64,000 bases of DNA, from contig JAYQLI010000035.1 of NCBI GenBank assembly GCA_038143065.1, positions 2,272,894-2,336,893 of the forward strand, given 5' to 3'. Positions 33,583 to 44,875 of this stretch are shown here, one piece after another. A program made the position numbers and the translations under genes. This DNA comes from Rhodospirillales bacterium (lineage in GTDB: Bacteria; Pseudomonadota; Alphaproteobacteria; Bin95). The notes beneath the pieces are model-generated. The model was given only the letters and a program-made list of their open reading frames with translations, was not told the DNA's origin and ran no database searches. Within the stretch, counting starts at the first letter, position 1. Each line of letters begins with the position of its first letter.

Positions 33583-34774
33583 TCATTTGCTGGCGTCGAT
33601 GATTTCGCCAAACAATACCCATTTTTCACCATCAAATTTTGAGAGTTGTTCCGCTTGGATTGGGTAAAAATCAGTTGCGCTGGTATTAACCGTAATTCCC
33701 GGCAAAACCATTGGCAGCTGCAGTCCTTGAATGTTCGCAGCACAGCCCATGATGCCTTTGCGTGTCATGTCCTTGCAGTTTTGTAGAGTATGATGCAGCA
33801 ATTTAGACGCATTATAACCATAGGCGTAGTTGATATCTGAGCGGTCAGCGTCAGGAAGTTCCGCGTCCATAAAGGCCGACCATTCCTTATATCCCGCTGT
33901 ATCTTTCCACTGAGGGTCAGTTGGGTCCCTCTGATACTGAGCAGTAATAATTTCCTTTGAGCAATCAAAGCCGGCGGGCTTTGATACGGAGCCCACTGAC
34001 GACGAAACATTGTTTAAAAGATGCAGAGGCTTCCAACCAATTTCACAAGATTTCCGAATGGCTTGTGCTGCAAATTTTGGGATCGTTATGTTGAAAAAGA
34101 CATTCGCTCCAGCATCTTTCATTGCTAGAATCTGGCTATCAACAGTCGGGTCCGTCACCTCGTAAGGTAGCATCGAGATTACTAAATCCTTCTTGTCGCC
34201 AAGGCCTCTAAGGAAGCCATCTCGATAATCCTTTCCGTAATCATCATTTTGGAAAAGAATAGCAATTTTGGGATCTTTCACGTTCTCAAGGACAAATTTG
34301 GCGTATATTTCGCCCTCAACATCGTAGGTAGGCTGAAAGCCCATGGTCCATGGGAATTTTTTGGTTGCCCCCATTTCGAGGCTCCCGTCGCCACAAACAA
34401 ATGTGGCGTTTTCTTTTGGTTCATATATTTGTGAATGGCGGAATTAGTTGGAGTTCCCAATGTCTGAAATAGGAAAGCAACTTTCTCTTGCTCTACTAAT
34501 TTGCGTGCCTGTTGAACTGTTCGAGGGGGCTGTATCCATCATCAAGAGAAATAAACTCAATTGTTCTTCCATTAATTCCGCCCTGACGGTTTAACATCTT
34601 CATATAGGCATTAATGGTTTTGCCAATGGCGCTGTAGGCCGAAGCCGGACCTGAGTAAGGATTAGTATTTCCGATCTTGATCGAAGTATCAGTGATGCCC
34701 GTAGTATCGGCCAAAGCTGGGCTATATGTCAGCGCAGCAATCCCTGTTGCGAGCAAGACGCGTTTGATAGACAT
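33583..34774 (-). CDS. Liv-type ABC transporter substrate-binding protein (frameshifts near 34520 and 34360)
   Basis: Signal peptide, PYSGPAS, GGINGR, DDGYSP, GTPTN, QNDDYG. Confidence 0.9.
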
Positions 34775-34832
34775 AGAACTTTTTCTCCCTTTATGGCGCC
34801 AACATTCACTGTTAGCGCGTTCATGCATTGGG

Positions 34833-35806
34833 TTAGCGTTTTAGACGTGCCCACCCCCGTTCAATTGCGCCCCAGATACCGAAAGGTGCAAAATACATCA
34901 TCAGAATAAGTAAAATACCGAATGTGACCCAAGGAGGCGGTATTACCTCAGAAAGATTGGAAAATTCTTCCGCGTACTCCTGACCAAAGACATAAAAAAG
35001 TCCGCCTAGAAGTGCGCCTGGTATCGAAACGATACCCCCAACAACAGAACCTACAAGCAAATAAACTGCGATAAAGAAATTAAAAGTGTCAGGAGAAACA
35101 AAGGAGTTTGCTAATGCAAAAAAGGCTCCCCAACTCCTGCTAGCATTGCACTGATTCCAAACGTGGTCGGTTTATACAAAGCTAAATTAATGCCCATTGT
35201 ACGTGCTGCGATAGGATTATCACGAATTGCCATAATTGCGCGGCCAGAACGACTGTGAAGGAGCATCCAGGCACCAACCATTAACACCGCAAACACGAGC
35301 CAAGTCACCAGATAGAGCGAATGATCGACGCTGAGACTTGAAAAAATTGGGTCTGGTTTATCAAAAAACAGCCCTTGAACACCGCCAGTCCAATGTTCCA
35401 GAGCATCCACCTTAAGAATTTGGGGGGTGGCAACGGCGAGTGCAAAGGTTGCAAGTGCAAGATACAGACCTTCCAGGCGAAGAGCCGGAAATCCGAATAA
35501 AAAGCCCATTGAAAATGTGACCGCCGCTGCAATGGGTAGGGTTGCATATGGGTGCCATCCGGCGAACGTGATCAGTATTGCAGAAACATAGGCTCCAGCA
35601 GCGAAGAAAGCGCTGTGGCCAATGGAAAATTGACCATTATAACCAGTTAAAATATTCAGCCCCAGAATAGCAATTCCATAGGCTAAAGCTGTTGTGACCT
35701 GATAAGCAGTGTATTCTGATGTTACAAACATCAAGACAATGCCGACGAGAACAAGCATCGCAAAACTAACTAAAAGCTTTCCAGTTATGGGATTTGGGCG
35801 GTCCAT
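34833..35806 (-). CDS. Liv-type ABC permease, LivM-like (frameshift near 35130)
   Basis: GYNGQFSIGHSAF, RLEGLYLALAT, GRAIMAIRDN. Confidence 0.9.
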
Positions 35807-35809
35807 TTT

Positions 35810-36682
35810 TTAAACCCGCTTAATAATTACTCGGCCAAATAGGCCGGCTGGCTTGAACATTAGCACTCCAACAATCAAAATTAGAGCGAAGGTTAGGCCA
35901 AGTTCACTTCCACCCGGCACATATTGTCTTGCCCAATTTTCCAATACGCCAACCATTAGTCCACCTGCTACAGCGCCTCCGGGACTATTTACACCCCCTA
36001 AAAGCGCTCCGGCGAAGCCATAGAGCAGCACTCCAGACATCATATTGGGCTCCAGGAAGACTATTGGCGCTACAAGTACACCGCCAACTGCGCCTATGGC
36101 TGATGCAAGACCCCATCCAAGTGCTAGCATCCACCCGACAGAGACACCCACTAGCCTTGCCGAATCGGGGTTTGCCGCTGCTGCGCGCATAGCAAGCCCA
36201 ACTTTCGTAAATTTAAAAAAGCAGAAGGTTATACCTAGAATGAGCAGCGTAAACAGAATAACGCCTAGATTGTGAGTACTGATTAAGGTTGAGTCTATTC
36301 CATTCTTTGGAAACAGACTTGGTAGGGTCTTCGTCGTGTGCTCCCAAAACCAGCCAGCTAGGTTATTGAAAATCATTAAAAGACCAATAAAGACAATGAT
36401 CTGGTTAAAAATTGGTGCATTTTCTACGGGCTTGACGATAACCTCTCAATGATGATCCCTGCGATGAATGAGAGTGCGACTGCGATCAGAAAGGATAGCC
36501 AGATGGAGCCTGTAACTTGGTAAAGAGCCCAAGCCACGAAGGTTGAAAACATCGCCATTTCGCCTTGGGCGAAATTGAAGTGATCTGTGGCCTGGATAGA
36601 TCATAACAACAGCTAATGCGACACAAGCATAGACTGAACCAATAGCAAGGCCGGCAAGGGTGAGTTGAAGGAATAAGTCCAT
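35810..36682 (-). CDS. Liv-type ABC permease, LivH-like (frameshift near 36593)
   Basis: GLAIGSVYA, NFAQG in the shifted frame, GLAMRA, KPAGLFG. Confidence 0.9.
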
Positions 36683-36685
36683 GTC

Positions 36686-37395
36686 TCAGTACCCCAGATA
36701 AACCTTGCGGACGTTCTCGTCGTTTCGAAGAACTTCGCTCTCACCGGACATGACGACATAGCCGGTCTCTAGAAGATAGGCTTGGTCAGCTAAGTTGAGT
36801 GCGATGTTGGCATTCTGCTCCACCAGCAACATGGAGGCTTTCTCTTGGTCGCGGATACGCGCCATGATTTCGTAGATTTCTTGAACGATGAGGGGCGCTA
36901 GACCGAAGGAGGGTTCGTCGAGAAGCATAAGGCGGGGGCGTAGCATCAGAGCACGGCCGATGGCTAGCATTTGTTGTTCGCCGCCGGAAAGGGTACCTGC
37001 CTGCTGCTGCCGTCTTTCCATCAAACGCGGGAAATAGGCGTAAACTCTATCAATATCGTTTGCTACATCATTTTTGTTTTTACGGGTGTAAGCGCCCAGA
37101 TGCAGGTTTTCTCAACAGATTGGCGGACAAATGTGCCTCTGCCCTCTGGAACGTGTGCAATGCCTAGTGCAGCCACTTTTTCAGTAGAAAGGCCTGTTAT
37201 GTCCTGACCCTCGAACTTAATCTCGCCTTCAGTCCTTACCATTCGGGAGATAGAGCGAAGTGTGGTTGTCTTGCCCGCACCGTTGGCCCCCAGAATTGTG
37301 GTGATTGAGCCTTCCTCAAGCTCAAAATCGACCCCATAGAGAGCCTGGGTCTGTCGGTAGAAGGCCTTGAGGCCCTTAACCTCTAGCAGCTTCAT
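36686..37395 (-). CDS. Liv-type ABC ATPase, LivF-like (frameshifted)
   Basis: GANGAGKTT, VPEGR, LSGGEQQM, LLDEP. Confidence 0.92.
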
Positions 37396-38158
37396 TCGTC
37401 GTCCCCAGATAGGCTTCAATAACTTTTGGGTCCTGCTGAACCTCTTCTGGTGTGCCGTCTGCAATTTTCCGACCAAAGTCTATTGCGACAACTTTGTCTG
37501 AGGTCTGCATAACAAGGCTCATATGATGTTCAACGAGTAGAACGGTAGCTCCTCTACCATCGCGAATTTGGCGGATCTGATTTTTTAGATGGTCGAGCTC
37601 TTCATGGTTTAGGCCTCCTGCTGGTTCATCCAATAAAAGCAATTCGGGTTTGGCCGCCAGGGCACGAGCCATCTCTACCCTTTTCTGGTCCCCAAATGGT
37701 AAGCTGCCGACCCGTTCATGAGCTAGGGAGCTAAGTCCCATAAATTCGATTAGTTCCATAGCGCGATTTCGTAACAACCGTTCCTCGTTACCAACGCCGG
37801 GTGATCGGAAAATGTTGCCAATGAAACTTGAATGCGTTCGACTGTGACCGCCGATCATGACGTTGTTTAATACCGATAAGCTAGGAAACAGCGCCAGGTT
37901 TTGGAACGTACGTCCAATTCCGAGTTCCGCAATACGACTAGCTGGTTCTGATAGAATCGACTGACCTTTAAAACGGATATCGCCTTCATTGGGGGTGTAA
38001 AGGCGTGATAGGCAGTTGAATAGTGTTGTTTTGCCAGCGCCGTTTGGACCAATAAGGCCGATGATTTCACCTTGGCCGATTTCAAATGTCACTCCGTCTA
38101 GGGCAATAATGCCTCCAAAACGAACGCTCACGTCCTTCACTTCAAGCAAGGCAGCCAT
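37376..38158 (-). CDS. Liv-type ABC ATPase, LivG-like
   Basis: GPNGAGKTT, RTFQN, LLDEPAGG, EAYLG. Confidence 0.94.
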   Translation of the reverse strand: MAALLEVKDVSVRFGGIIALDGVTFEIGQGEIIGLIGPNGAGKTTLFNCLSRLYTPNEGDIRFKGQSILSEPASRIAELGIGRTFQNLALFPSLSVLNNVMIGGHSRTHSSFIGNIFRSPGVGNEERLLRNRAMELIEFMGLSSLAHERVGSLPFGDQKRVEMARALAAKPELLLLDEPAGGLNHEELDHLKNQIRQIRDGRGATVLLVEHHMSLVMQTSDKVVAIDFGRKIADGTPEEVQQDPKVIEAYLGTTNEAARG

Positions 38159-38380
38159 TTTTGAAACCTTCTGGGGAGTGCATCAAAAGACATGTGGCAC
38201 TCAATTTACTCTCTCCCTGATCTTTAGCCTGCTCTTATTAGGCAGTTTTTGGATCACACTTATCCTGAGATTCTATTGAAATAGCGATAAGTACAAGAAG
38301 AACTTTAACTCTTTTTCCCTTTTGCGTTAGTAGGGACAAGCTAGTGGGATTATATTTTGGCGGAGGCCTGATTCGGCCAG

Positions 38381-39133
38381 TCAATTGAGCAATAGTGAAG
38401 AAAGCGTTGATCCGCTCTGGCGTATGTTCGTTTGGCGCAATCCCAGAATTTGACTCTCTGCAATTACTGGACCAGGCTCAGTGAGTAGGCCTGATTGGGG
38501 GTATTGAGAATCCCAAACTGACCTGGACCGCAAAACATATTGCGGTTCAGAAAATGCTTCATCAAACCAGTTAGGGGCAAGATTTAGGGCGGTTGCATAG
38601 ATAGGCAGTAAATTCTTCGCAAGGCCCTCTATTGCGGCCATGTAGGCCACCATTGTCTCCCGAAAAAATGCCAACTCTTTTGGATTGGGCCATTGGTTCA
38701 TTGGACGAAAACGTTTTTTTGCTATGATATCTGGGTGGTCTGCGGCCAGGTCTCGCTTCAAAAAAACGCTTCAACTAAGTTGGGTTGAGGCTTCACGCCA
38801 GCTACAGGAGTGGCCCTGGTAATGGATCCCTTTACTGGCATGTAGCCGACATTGTCAGCATTGGCTTTCAAGGCGAGTTTTTTCCAAAGGCTGGGCGTGG
38901 AATAGAGCGGTTTGCTCAAACACAGCATAAATTAGGCCTTGGTCTAAGCCATGACCTGTTAGCACATAAAAACCTACATTTTCTTGGGCGTGACGCATGG
39001 CGGCGCCAGCTGTTTTAAGGGCGCCAGGTCGCTCGTTAAAAACATCAGAAACGTCGATTACCAGAACTTCCTCTCCGCGTTCAGGCTTTTCTGAAGGAGC
39101 TTCGGCAAGAGTATTCACAGCATCTTGTATCAC
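38381..39133 (-). pseudogene. Truncated isopenicillin-N-synthase-like 2OG-Fe(II) oxygenase
   Basis: N-terminal VID, GFYVLTGHG and NQWP motifs are present (two frameshifts); similarity ends at PQYVLR near 38530, before the HxD...H core. Confidence 0.65.
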
Positions 39134-39143
39134 TGCTTTCCTC

Positions 39144-40006
39144 TCACGCGGGAGTTGTGCCTCGCAAGCAGGTGCGGTGCAGTATGCGAGGGTGCAAAGA
39201 GGCATCAAAATTTGGGTCAGCTCGATGCAGGAGGCAACGATTGTCCCACATCAATACGTCTCCGTTTTGCCAAGTGTGGCGGTGGCAGAATTTCTGTTGA
39301 GTAGCGTGTTCTTCAAGAGCGATGATTTTTGCGCGGCCTTCTTCCAATGGCCTACCTTCGATATGAGAAGCGTGCATACCCATAAAAGAGCTTTTCGTCC
39401 TGTCTCAGGGTGAAAGCGAGCTAAAGGCCAAGCATTGGTCGGGGCATCCCTTTTTTCTTCCTCATTCATAACCCGTCCTATATTTTCTCGGCTGAGCTCC
39501 CAGCTATGGACAACTTTGACGTCATCTAAAGCTTCTTTTTCGCTTTTTGATAATGCCTCATACGCCGCATACATATTTGCGAAGCAAGTATCGCCGCCGT
39601 TGGGTGGCAGGACTTGAGCATGTAGAATGGTTGCCATTGAGGGTAGGGGCCTGAATGATTTATCCGTGTGCCACATGTCAGAATTAACTTTACCCGTTGG
39701 TTTTCCGTCAGGACCTAAATTCGAAACCACATGAACTAGCGGTTCATCCTCTTGGCCTCGATTTCTAAGTGTATGACGCTCTAGTTCGCCAAATTGTTTT
39801 GAAAACTCCACCTGCTCGTGTTTGGTGAGCTTCTGATCTCTGAAAACGAGTAACTGATGCTTGAGAAAGCTTTCATAGATTGTGGCTTGTGTTTCTTTAC
39901 TAAGTGGTTTTGATAAATCAATTCCACGCACCTCTGCTCCTAGTGGTGCTTTTGAGAAGGGACGGATGTCGAGATCAATTTTAGTCTCGTTGGCTTGAGT
40001 AGACAT
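39144..40006 (-). CDS. TauD/TfdA-family dioxygenase (frameshift near 39385)
   Basis: WHTDKSF, GGDTCFA, HPETGRK, WDNRCLLHR. Confidence 0.92.
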
Positions 40007-40082
40007 AAGGTCTTTCTCTTTTTTGTTCGCATCTAGGTACGAATGGTTGGTCAACCTGCGATTAGACACAAGCAGACTTTCA

Positions 40083-41021
40083 TTATCCTGCTAACCAAAC
40101 AGCGACCGGAATGCTTACGATGCTAATTCCAGTCGATAGAACGATAGCAGCGCTTGCTCGACGCGAGTAAGCGTCATACCGACTGGCAAGAAGAAAAGGA
40201 TTAACTGCACATGGTAAAGCAGCCATCATCGTTACAATGATTACGGTTTCTAGCGGCATCTGGAATACAAATGTTGCTAAAAGCCAAGCAAGTGTGGGAT
40301 TTAACACGAGTTTTAACGCGCTAATGGTTCCCGCCTCAGCGAGGTCTCCAGCAACTTTAAAGCCGGCAAGAGTAGCACCAAGCGCAAAAAGAGCAGTGGG
40401 TGCAGCAGCAGCGGCACCGGTATCAATGAATCGCTCTGCAATCGGGTGTACTTCAAGGCCTGTAAGTCCAAAACAAATACCGGCGGCCATTGCGAGAATG
40501 ACAGGGGTTTTTAAAATTCCAAGAAGTGTTTCCTTAGCTAAGTCAATTGGTGATGATGCGTTCCCAAGCCTGGCTTCTATGAGAAATGTCGATAATCCAT
40601 AATAAAGTGGAGCTGAGCATGCGATGATTCCTGTTGCAACTGCCAGTCCCGGCGTACCAAAGAAAATCTCTGCCAAAGGAATGCCCATCATAACAGAATT
40701 GCCGTAAGCCGAGGTCATAGCTGCCAAAGGAGGCTCTGCACCCTTGCCCCCAAACATTCTCCAGTTTGCGGAAAATGCGAAAATGTAGATAGCAGCGGAA
40801 GCTACGAAATAAGCGGCGAGTACTCCAGCTTCGAACCCTTCGCCTCCACTTGCTCCAAGCTTTGAACCTCCTCGAAACAGTAGAAGAGGTATAGCAAACC
40901 AAAATACGTAGGCGGTGAGGCCCTTTACTTTTATTTCATCGAATAGCGCTGATTTCCCGAGTGCGAAGCCGCCTATAACAAACCCAAATACGGGTAAGGC
41001 TACGCTAAATATCTCAACCAA
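40083..41021 (-). CDS. AEC-family transporter
   Basis: AIPLLLF, GNSVMMGIP, ALFALG, KLVLNP. Confidence 0.9.
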   Translation of the reverse strand: MVEIFSVALPVFGFVIGGFALGKSALFDEIKVKGLTAYVFWFAIPLLLFRGGSKLGASGGEGFEAGVLAAYFVASAAIYIFAFSANWRMFGGKGAEPPLAAMTSAYGNSVMMGIPLAEIFFGTPGLAVATGIIACSAPLYYGLSTFLIEARLGNASSPIDLAKETLLGILKTPVILAMAAGICFGLTGLEVHPIAERFIDTGAAAAAPTALFALGATLAGFKVAGDLAEAGTISALKLVLNPTLAWLLATFVFQMPLETVIIVTMMAALPCAVNPFLLASRYDAYSRRASAAIVLSTGISIVSIPVAVWLAG

Positions 41022-41025
41022 TTTT

Positions 41026-41757
41026 TCAGAACCGAATTTCTGGAGATTCCTTTTCCAAGGTTCGTTTTATTGCCTGGAAGTGTCCTGCTCGCTGGACGCC
41101 ATTGTCCTCGGCAATTTGACGAGCAGTTTCTTCTACTACTGCTTCGGGTATCTTACGAAAGGGAAGGCCCTGCGACCTTGCTAAAGCCTGTACCTGACAG
41201 GCCTCGTTCAAGATAGTACAGGTCATCAAAAGCGCTTGGCAGGTCTTGGCCACACACAACAACCCCATGATGAGCTAAAAAACCAATATCTTTGCCTTGC
41301 ATCGCAGCTGTGATGCGATCTCCTTCCTCAGATGAAAATGCTACGCCACCATAACTATCGTCATAGGCAATACGGTTGTGGAACCGCAATGCATTCTGTT
41401 CAACCATCTCCAAACGGCAGTTTTCGAGCAAGGTAAAGGAGGTGGCGAAGGGCATATGAGTATGCAGAACAGCCCCAGCATTTGGATGCTTCAGGTGGAG
41501 CCGTGAATGAATAAAGAATGCTGTTTCTTCAACCTTGTGTTTTCCTCTAACACCTCGCCGTCATGACGGCAAAGTACGATATCGCTGGCCTGTATTTCAC
41601 TCCAATGAAGGCCTTGAGGGTTAACCAGAAAAGTCTCGCCTGATTCATCGACAGCCAGACTAAAGTGGTTGCAAATTCCTTCACTTAAACCGAGGCGGTC
41701 CGCCCAGCGAAGAGCGCAGGCGAGATCAACTTTATGTTCGTGGAGATCATTACGCAT
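41026..41757 (-). CDS. Class II aldolase/adducin-family protein (frameshifted)
   Basis: EGICNHFS, HTHMP, HHGV, YYLERAC across three ORF pieces. Confidence 0.88.
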
Positions 41758-41853
41758 TATGTTGCCCTTATTTGGTGTTAAGTGAGCACGAGCATAGCCC
41801 GATAGAGCTCTTGCTACTATATAGCAAGAAGATGTCATTTGGAGTTTGATGTA

Positions 41854-42258
41854 ATGACTAAAAAAATTGTTAAGACTGAAGACGAGTGGCGCGCACAGCT
41901 TTCTGCAGAAGAATATCATGTTACGCGTGAACATGGGACCGAGCGCGCATTCACTGGTCGATATCACGATGAAAAGCGCCATGGTCGGTATGACTGCATT
42001 TGTTGTGGGCAGCCGCTATTTGCTAGCGAAACCAAGTATGACAGTGGTACTGGCTGGCCCAGCTATTGGGCGCCAATTGATGATGAGGCTGTCATAACGA
42101 AGAGTGATCGGTCCTGGTTTATGGTGCGAACCGAAGTCCTCTGTAGCAAATGCGATGCCCATCTCGGCCACGTTTTCCCAGATGGCCCTGCTCCGACTGG
42201 CCAACGCTTTTGCATGAACTCTGCATCGCTAAAGTTTGAGCCGTTTAGTGACGATTAA
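41854..42258 (+). CDS. msrB: Peptide methionine-R-sulfoxide reductase
   Basis: GTERAF, SGTGWPS, HLGHVF.DGP, RFCMNS. Confidence 0.97.
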   Translation: MTKKIVKTEDEWRAQLSAEEYHVTREHGTERAFTGRYHDEKRHGRYDCICCGQPLFASETKYDSGTGWPSYWAPIDDEAVITKSDRSWFMVRTEVLCSKCDAHLGHVFPDGPAPTGQRFCMNSASLKFEPFSDD

Positions 42259-42466
42259 TAATACTGGATCGCGCCCAAGGTTTCGCTCCCTTGCGGCTCT
42301 ATGCATCTTACTGATTGGTTTGGGGTTGTATGCGGCCCTTGTCACCTCAGTTTTTGATTGGTTGCCAGACCATCTGTTTTTACAGACCTTGTTTATCGCT
42401 TTTTCAGGTCTGGCGTGGGTCTGGCCTGCTATTAAGTTGACTGGCTGGGCTCAAAGGCGCGATTAA
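42248..42466 (+). CDS. Small membrane protein, DUF2842-like
   Basis: Two hydrophobic helices, GLAWVWP. Confidence 0.6.
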   Translation: MTINNTGSRPRFRSLAALCILLIGLGLYAALVTSVFDWLPDHLFLQTLFIAFSGLAWVWPAIKLTGWAQRRD

Positions 42467-43227
42467 ATTTTTCTTAAAAGCTTAGCAATGATCATGCGTA
42501 AGGTGCGATTTGGGTCTGGCGCTTGCATTGTTGGCGAGGTGTAATCAAACCCAGCTCTTTTAGCGCGCTTTGCATAAGCATTAACCAAGATTGCTGGAGC
42601 CATTGCTGCACGGTAACCGGTTGGCGCCGTTTTTGCCCCTAAAGTAATTCCACGTTCGATAATCAGCTTCAGATTTTGTTCAATTGGCTCAGGTAGCCAG
42701 GGACGACCGCGAGCTGAATTAATTAATTCTGATCTGGCAATGCCTATTAGCGCATAACCAGTTCCTACATCTTCTGCTAACTTTTCAACGGGAGTGTTTC
42801 GCCAAAGTTCAGCATGAAGAGCGCCACCGGTTGCTCTTGCGTAATTTTCCAGCTCGTCAATACTTTGTACTGGTGCAGGATTAATATCGCGTTCGCGGGC
42901 ATCGATGATGTTTTGGAGGCGATCGGTATCGACTATGCCAGCACCGTGAGCAAAAGCCAGTTCTTCTATAACCGGATGATGTCGTGGACGGCCTTCTTTG
43001 ATTTCATTCAAAGCATCGCGGTGCCATTGAAGACGAATTAGACCGAGGGTTTGCTCTCTGGAATATGGGCGCACTCGTGATAGTTCTAGGTTCCATGCCG
43101 CCAATGCAATGGCATATCTGCGAATCTGTCGCGGCTGAAAAAGAGCAATTAGATAACGGTCTGCATCTAAAGTGCGGAGCTCGTCAGCGCAAAATTTTTG
43201 ATTAGAGATTTGTCGCGAAACGTTCAT
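42463..43227 (-). CDS. Squalene/phytoene synthase-fold protein, NDUFAF6-like with degenerate Asp motifs
   Basis: DADRY, IRLQW.RDAL, HPV, IDARERD, GRPWLP. Confidence 0.8.
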   Translation of the reverse strand: MNVSRQISNQKFCADELRTLDADRYLIALFQPRQIRRYAIALAAWNLELSRVRPYSREQTLGLIRLQWHRDALNEIKEGRPRHHPVIEELAFAHGAGIVDTDRLQNIIDARERDINPAPVQSIDELENYARATGGALHAELWRNTPVEKLAEDVGTGYALIGIARSELINSARGRPWLPEPIEQNLKLIIERGITLGAKTAPTGYRAAMAPAILVNAYAKRAKRAGFDYTSPTMQAPDPNRTLRMIIAKLLRKI

Positions 43228-44065
43228 ATTTCTCGATATACGGAACGCAAAGCCCACGCAATATATCTGCTTCACTAGGCATGAGCATTTCGTCCAGTGC
43301 GTTAAGCTCACCGAGTGCGGGCATTAGAAAATTCGAAGCATACTCTGCTATTGATTTCCGGACCTGATCGACGATGGCTGAATTTGCGCCAGCTAACTCT
43401 GCAAATTTTGATGACGTTAGACCGAGTGGTGCAAAGACCTCATCTGGTAGGGTTAGCAGATGGGCTCCTTTTTTCGCATCCTTCTCCAGATCTCGCATGA
43501 TGTGAACAAGATAGAGCAATATGGCTGAATTTCGAATGAGCTCGACAGAAGGTCTTGGAAGTGTGCTCTCTAGCCGGCCATCCTGTTTTCTTAATGCAAG
43601 GATTTCAATGAACACGGCCGCTGGAGCTGCAGTCGCTCCCTCAGCATAGGCAAGAAAATCTGTCCAAGTATGCATAGGTGTTTCAACGACATCACGAACC
43701 ATAGCTGCAGATAAATTTTCCCAGGGCTTAGGATTTATAACAGCGAAATTGGAAGTGGCGGCTAGTGCTGCATGAGTCGTGTGAAAAAGATCAGTAGTTG
43801 GTGGAAGAGTTCCATAAACAAGGGCAGTAATAGCAGCGTCACGCCAGTGTGTCACAGTCTTAATTGCATTCTCTCTAGCTGCCTCACGATTAGGAAGAGC
43901 AAGAAATTCGTCATCAACGAAATCATCAACCACCCGCATTGAAGCATAAGTTGCGCAGAAAATGTTATAACGGGGCGCGTCTAGAGCTAAGGCAGCCCTC
44001 TCCATTGGGGAGTGCGATGATTTTGCAATTTGAATTGCAGGGTTAAATGCTTTGATCTCGTTCAT
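43202..44065 (-). CDS. Squalene/phytoene synthase-family protein with intact Asp-rich motifs
   Basis: YASMRVVDDFVDD and HIMRDLEKD. Confidence 0.8.
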   Translation of the reverse strand: MNEIKAFNPAIQIAKSSHSPMERAALALDAPRYNIFCATYASMRVVDDFVDDEFLALPNREAARENAIKTVTHWRDAAITALVYGTLPPTTDLFHTTHAALAATSNFAVINPKPWENLSAAMVRDVVETPMHTWTDFLAYAEGATAAPAAVFIEILALRKQDGRLESTLPRPSVELIRNSAILLYLVHIMRDLEKDAKKGAHLLTLPDEVFAPLGLTSSKFAELAGANSAIVDQVRKSIAEYASNFLMPALGELNALDEMLMPSEADILRGLCVPYIEKYERFATNL

Positions 44066-44163
44066 TGTCTGCTCTCGACAGAGCTCGCAAGGGTGCCTAG
44101 ATAATAGTATAAGCGTTGCGATGACGCCAAAAATAGATGTTTAACAATTAACAGGGGGACGCC

Positions 44164-44754
44164 ATGGCTTTTGAATTGCCTGCCCTGCCCTACGCTCACG
44201 ATGCGCTTGGGCCCTATATGTCTCAGGAAACTCTTGAGTTTCATCACGACAAGCACCACCAAACTTATGTCACTAACTTGAACAACCTTATCAAAGATAC
44301 TCCCCTTTCGGGAAAATCTTTAGAAGAACTAGTTACGTCCACATACAACGTGGCCGATAAAGCTGGCGTATTCAACAACGCTTCTCAGCATTGGAACCAC
44401 ATTCAGTTTTGGGAAATGATGAAACCCAATGGTGGCGGATCTATGCCTGGAGAACTTGAAAAGCGCGTCGTAGCCGATTTTGGTTCTGTCGATGCTTTCA
44501 AGGAAGCTTTCATTGCTAAGGCTGCAGGCCAGTTTGGATCAGGTTGGGCTTGGCTTGTTATAAACAATGGAAAGCTTGAAGTGACATCAACGCCGAACGG
44601 TGTAAATCCACTTTGTTTTGGTCAGACAGCCTTGCTTGGCTGCGATGTATGGGAACATTCCTACTACATCGATTATCGGAACCGCCGCCCCGATTATGTG
44701 ACGGCGTTTCTCGATAATATGGTCAACTGGGAAAACGTTGCTGGCCGCATGTAA
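44164..44754 (+). CDS. sodB: Fe/Mn superoxide dismutase, probably the Fe type
   Basis: HHDKHH, FNNASQHWNH, FGSGWAW, DVWEHSYY. Confidence 0.95.
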   Translation: MAFELPALPYAHDALGPYMSQETLEFHHDKHHQTYVTNLNNLIKDTPLSGKSLEELVTSTYNVADKAGVFNNASQHWNHIQFWEMMKPNGGGSMPGELEKRVVADFGSVDAFKEAFIAKAAGQFGSGWAWLVINNGKLEVTSTPNGVNPLCFGQTALLGCDVWEHSYYIDYRNRRPDYVTAFLDNMVNWENVAGRM

Positions 44755-44781
44755 GCAGCTGGTAAAATTTCCAATTGCCAT

Positions 44782-44822
44782 AACCGCTCCAGGTTTTTTG
44801 ACCTGGGGCGGTTTTTGTTTTT
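44782..44822 (+). terminator. Rho-independent terminator after sodB
   Basis: AACCGCTCCAGGT-loop-ACCTGGGGCGGTT followed by a T-tract. Confidence 0.88.
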
Positions 44823-44875
44823 GCGGTTTGTTGCACTTCGTGGCCTAATTAAAGTTCGCAGGAGGTGCACGAAAA

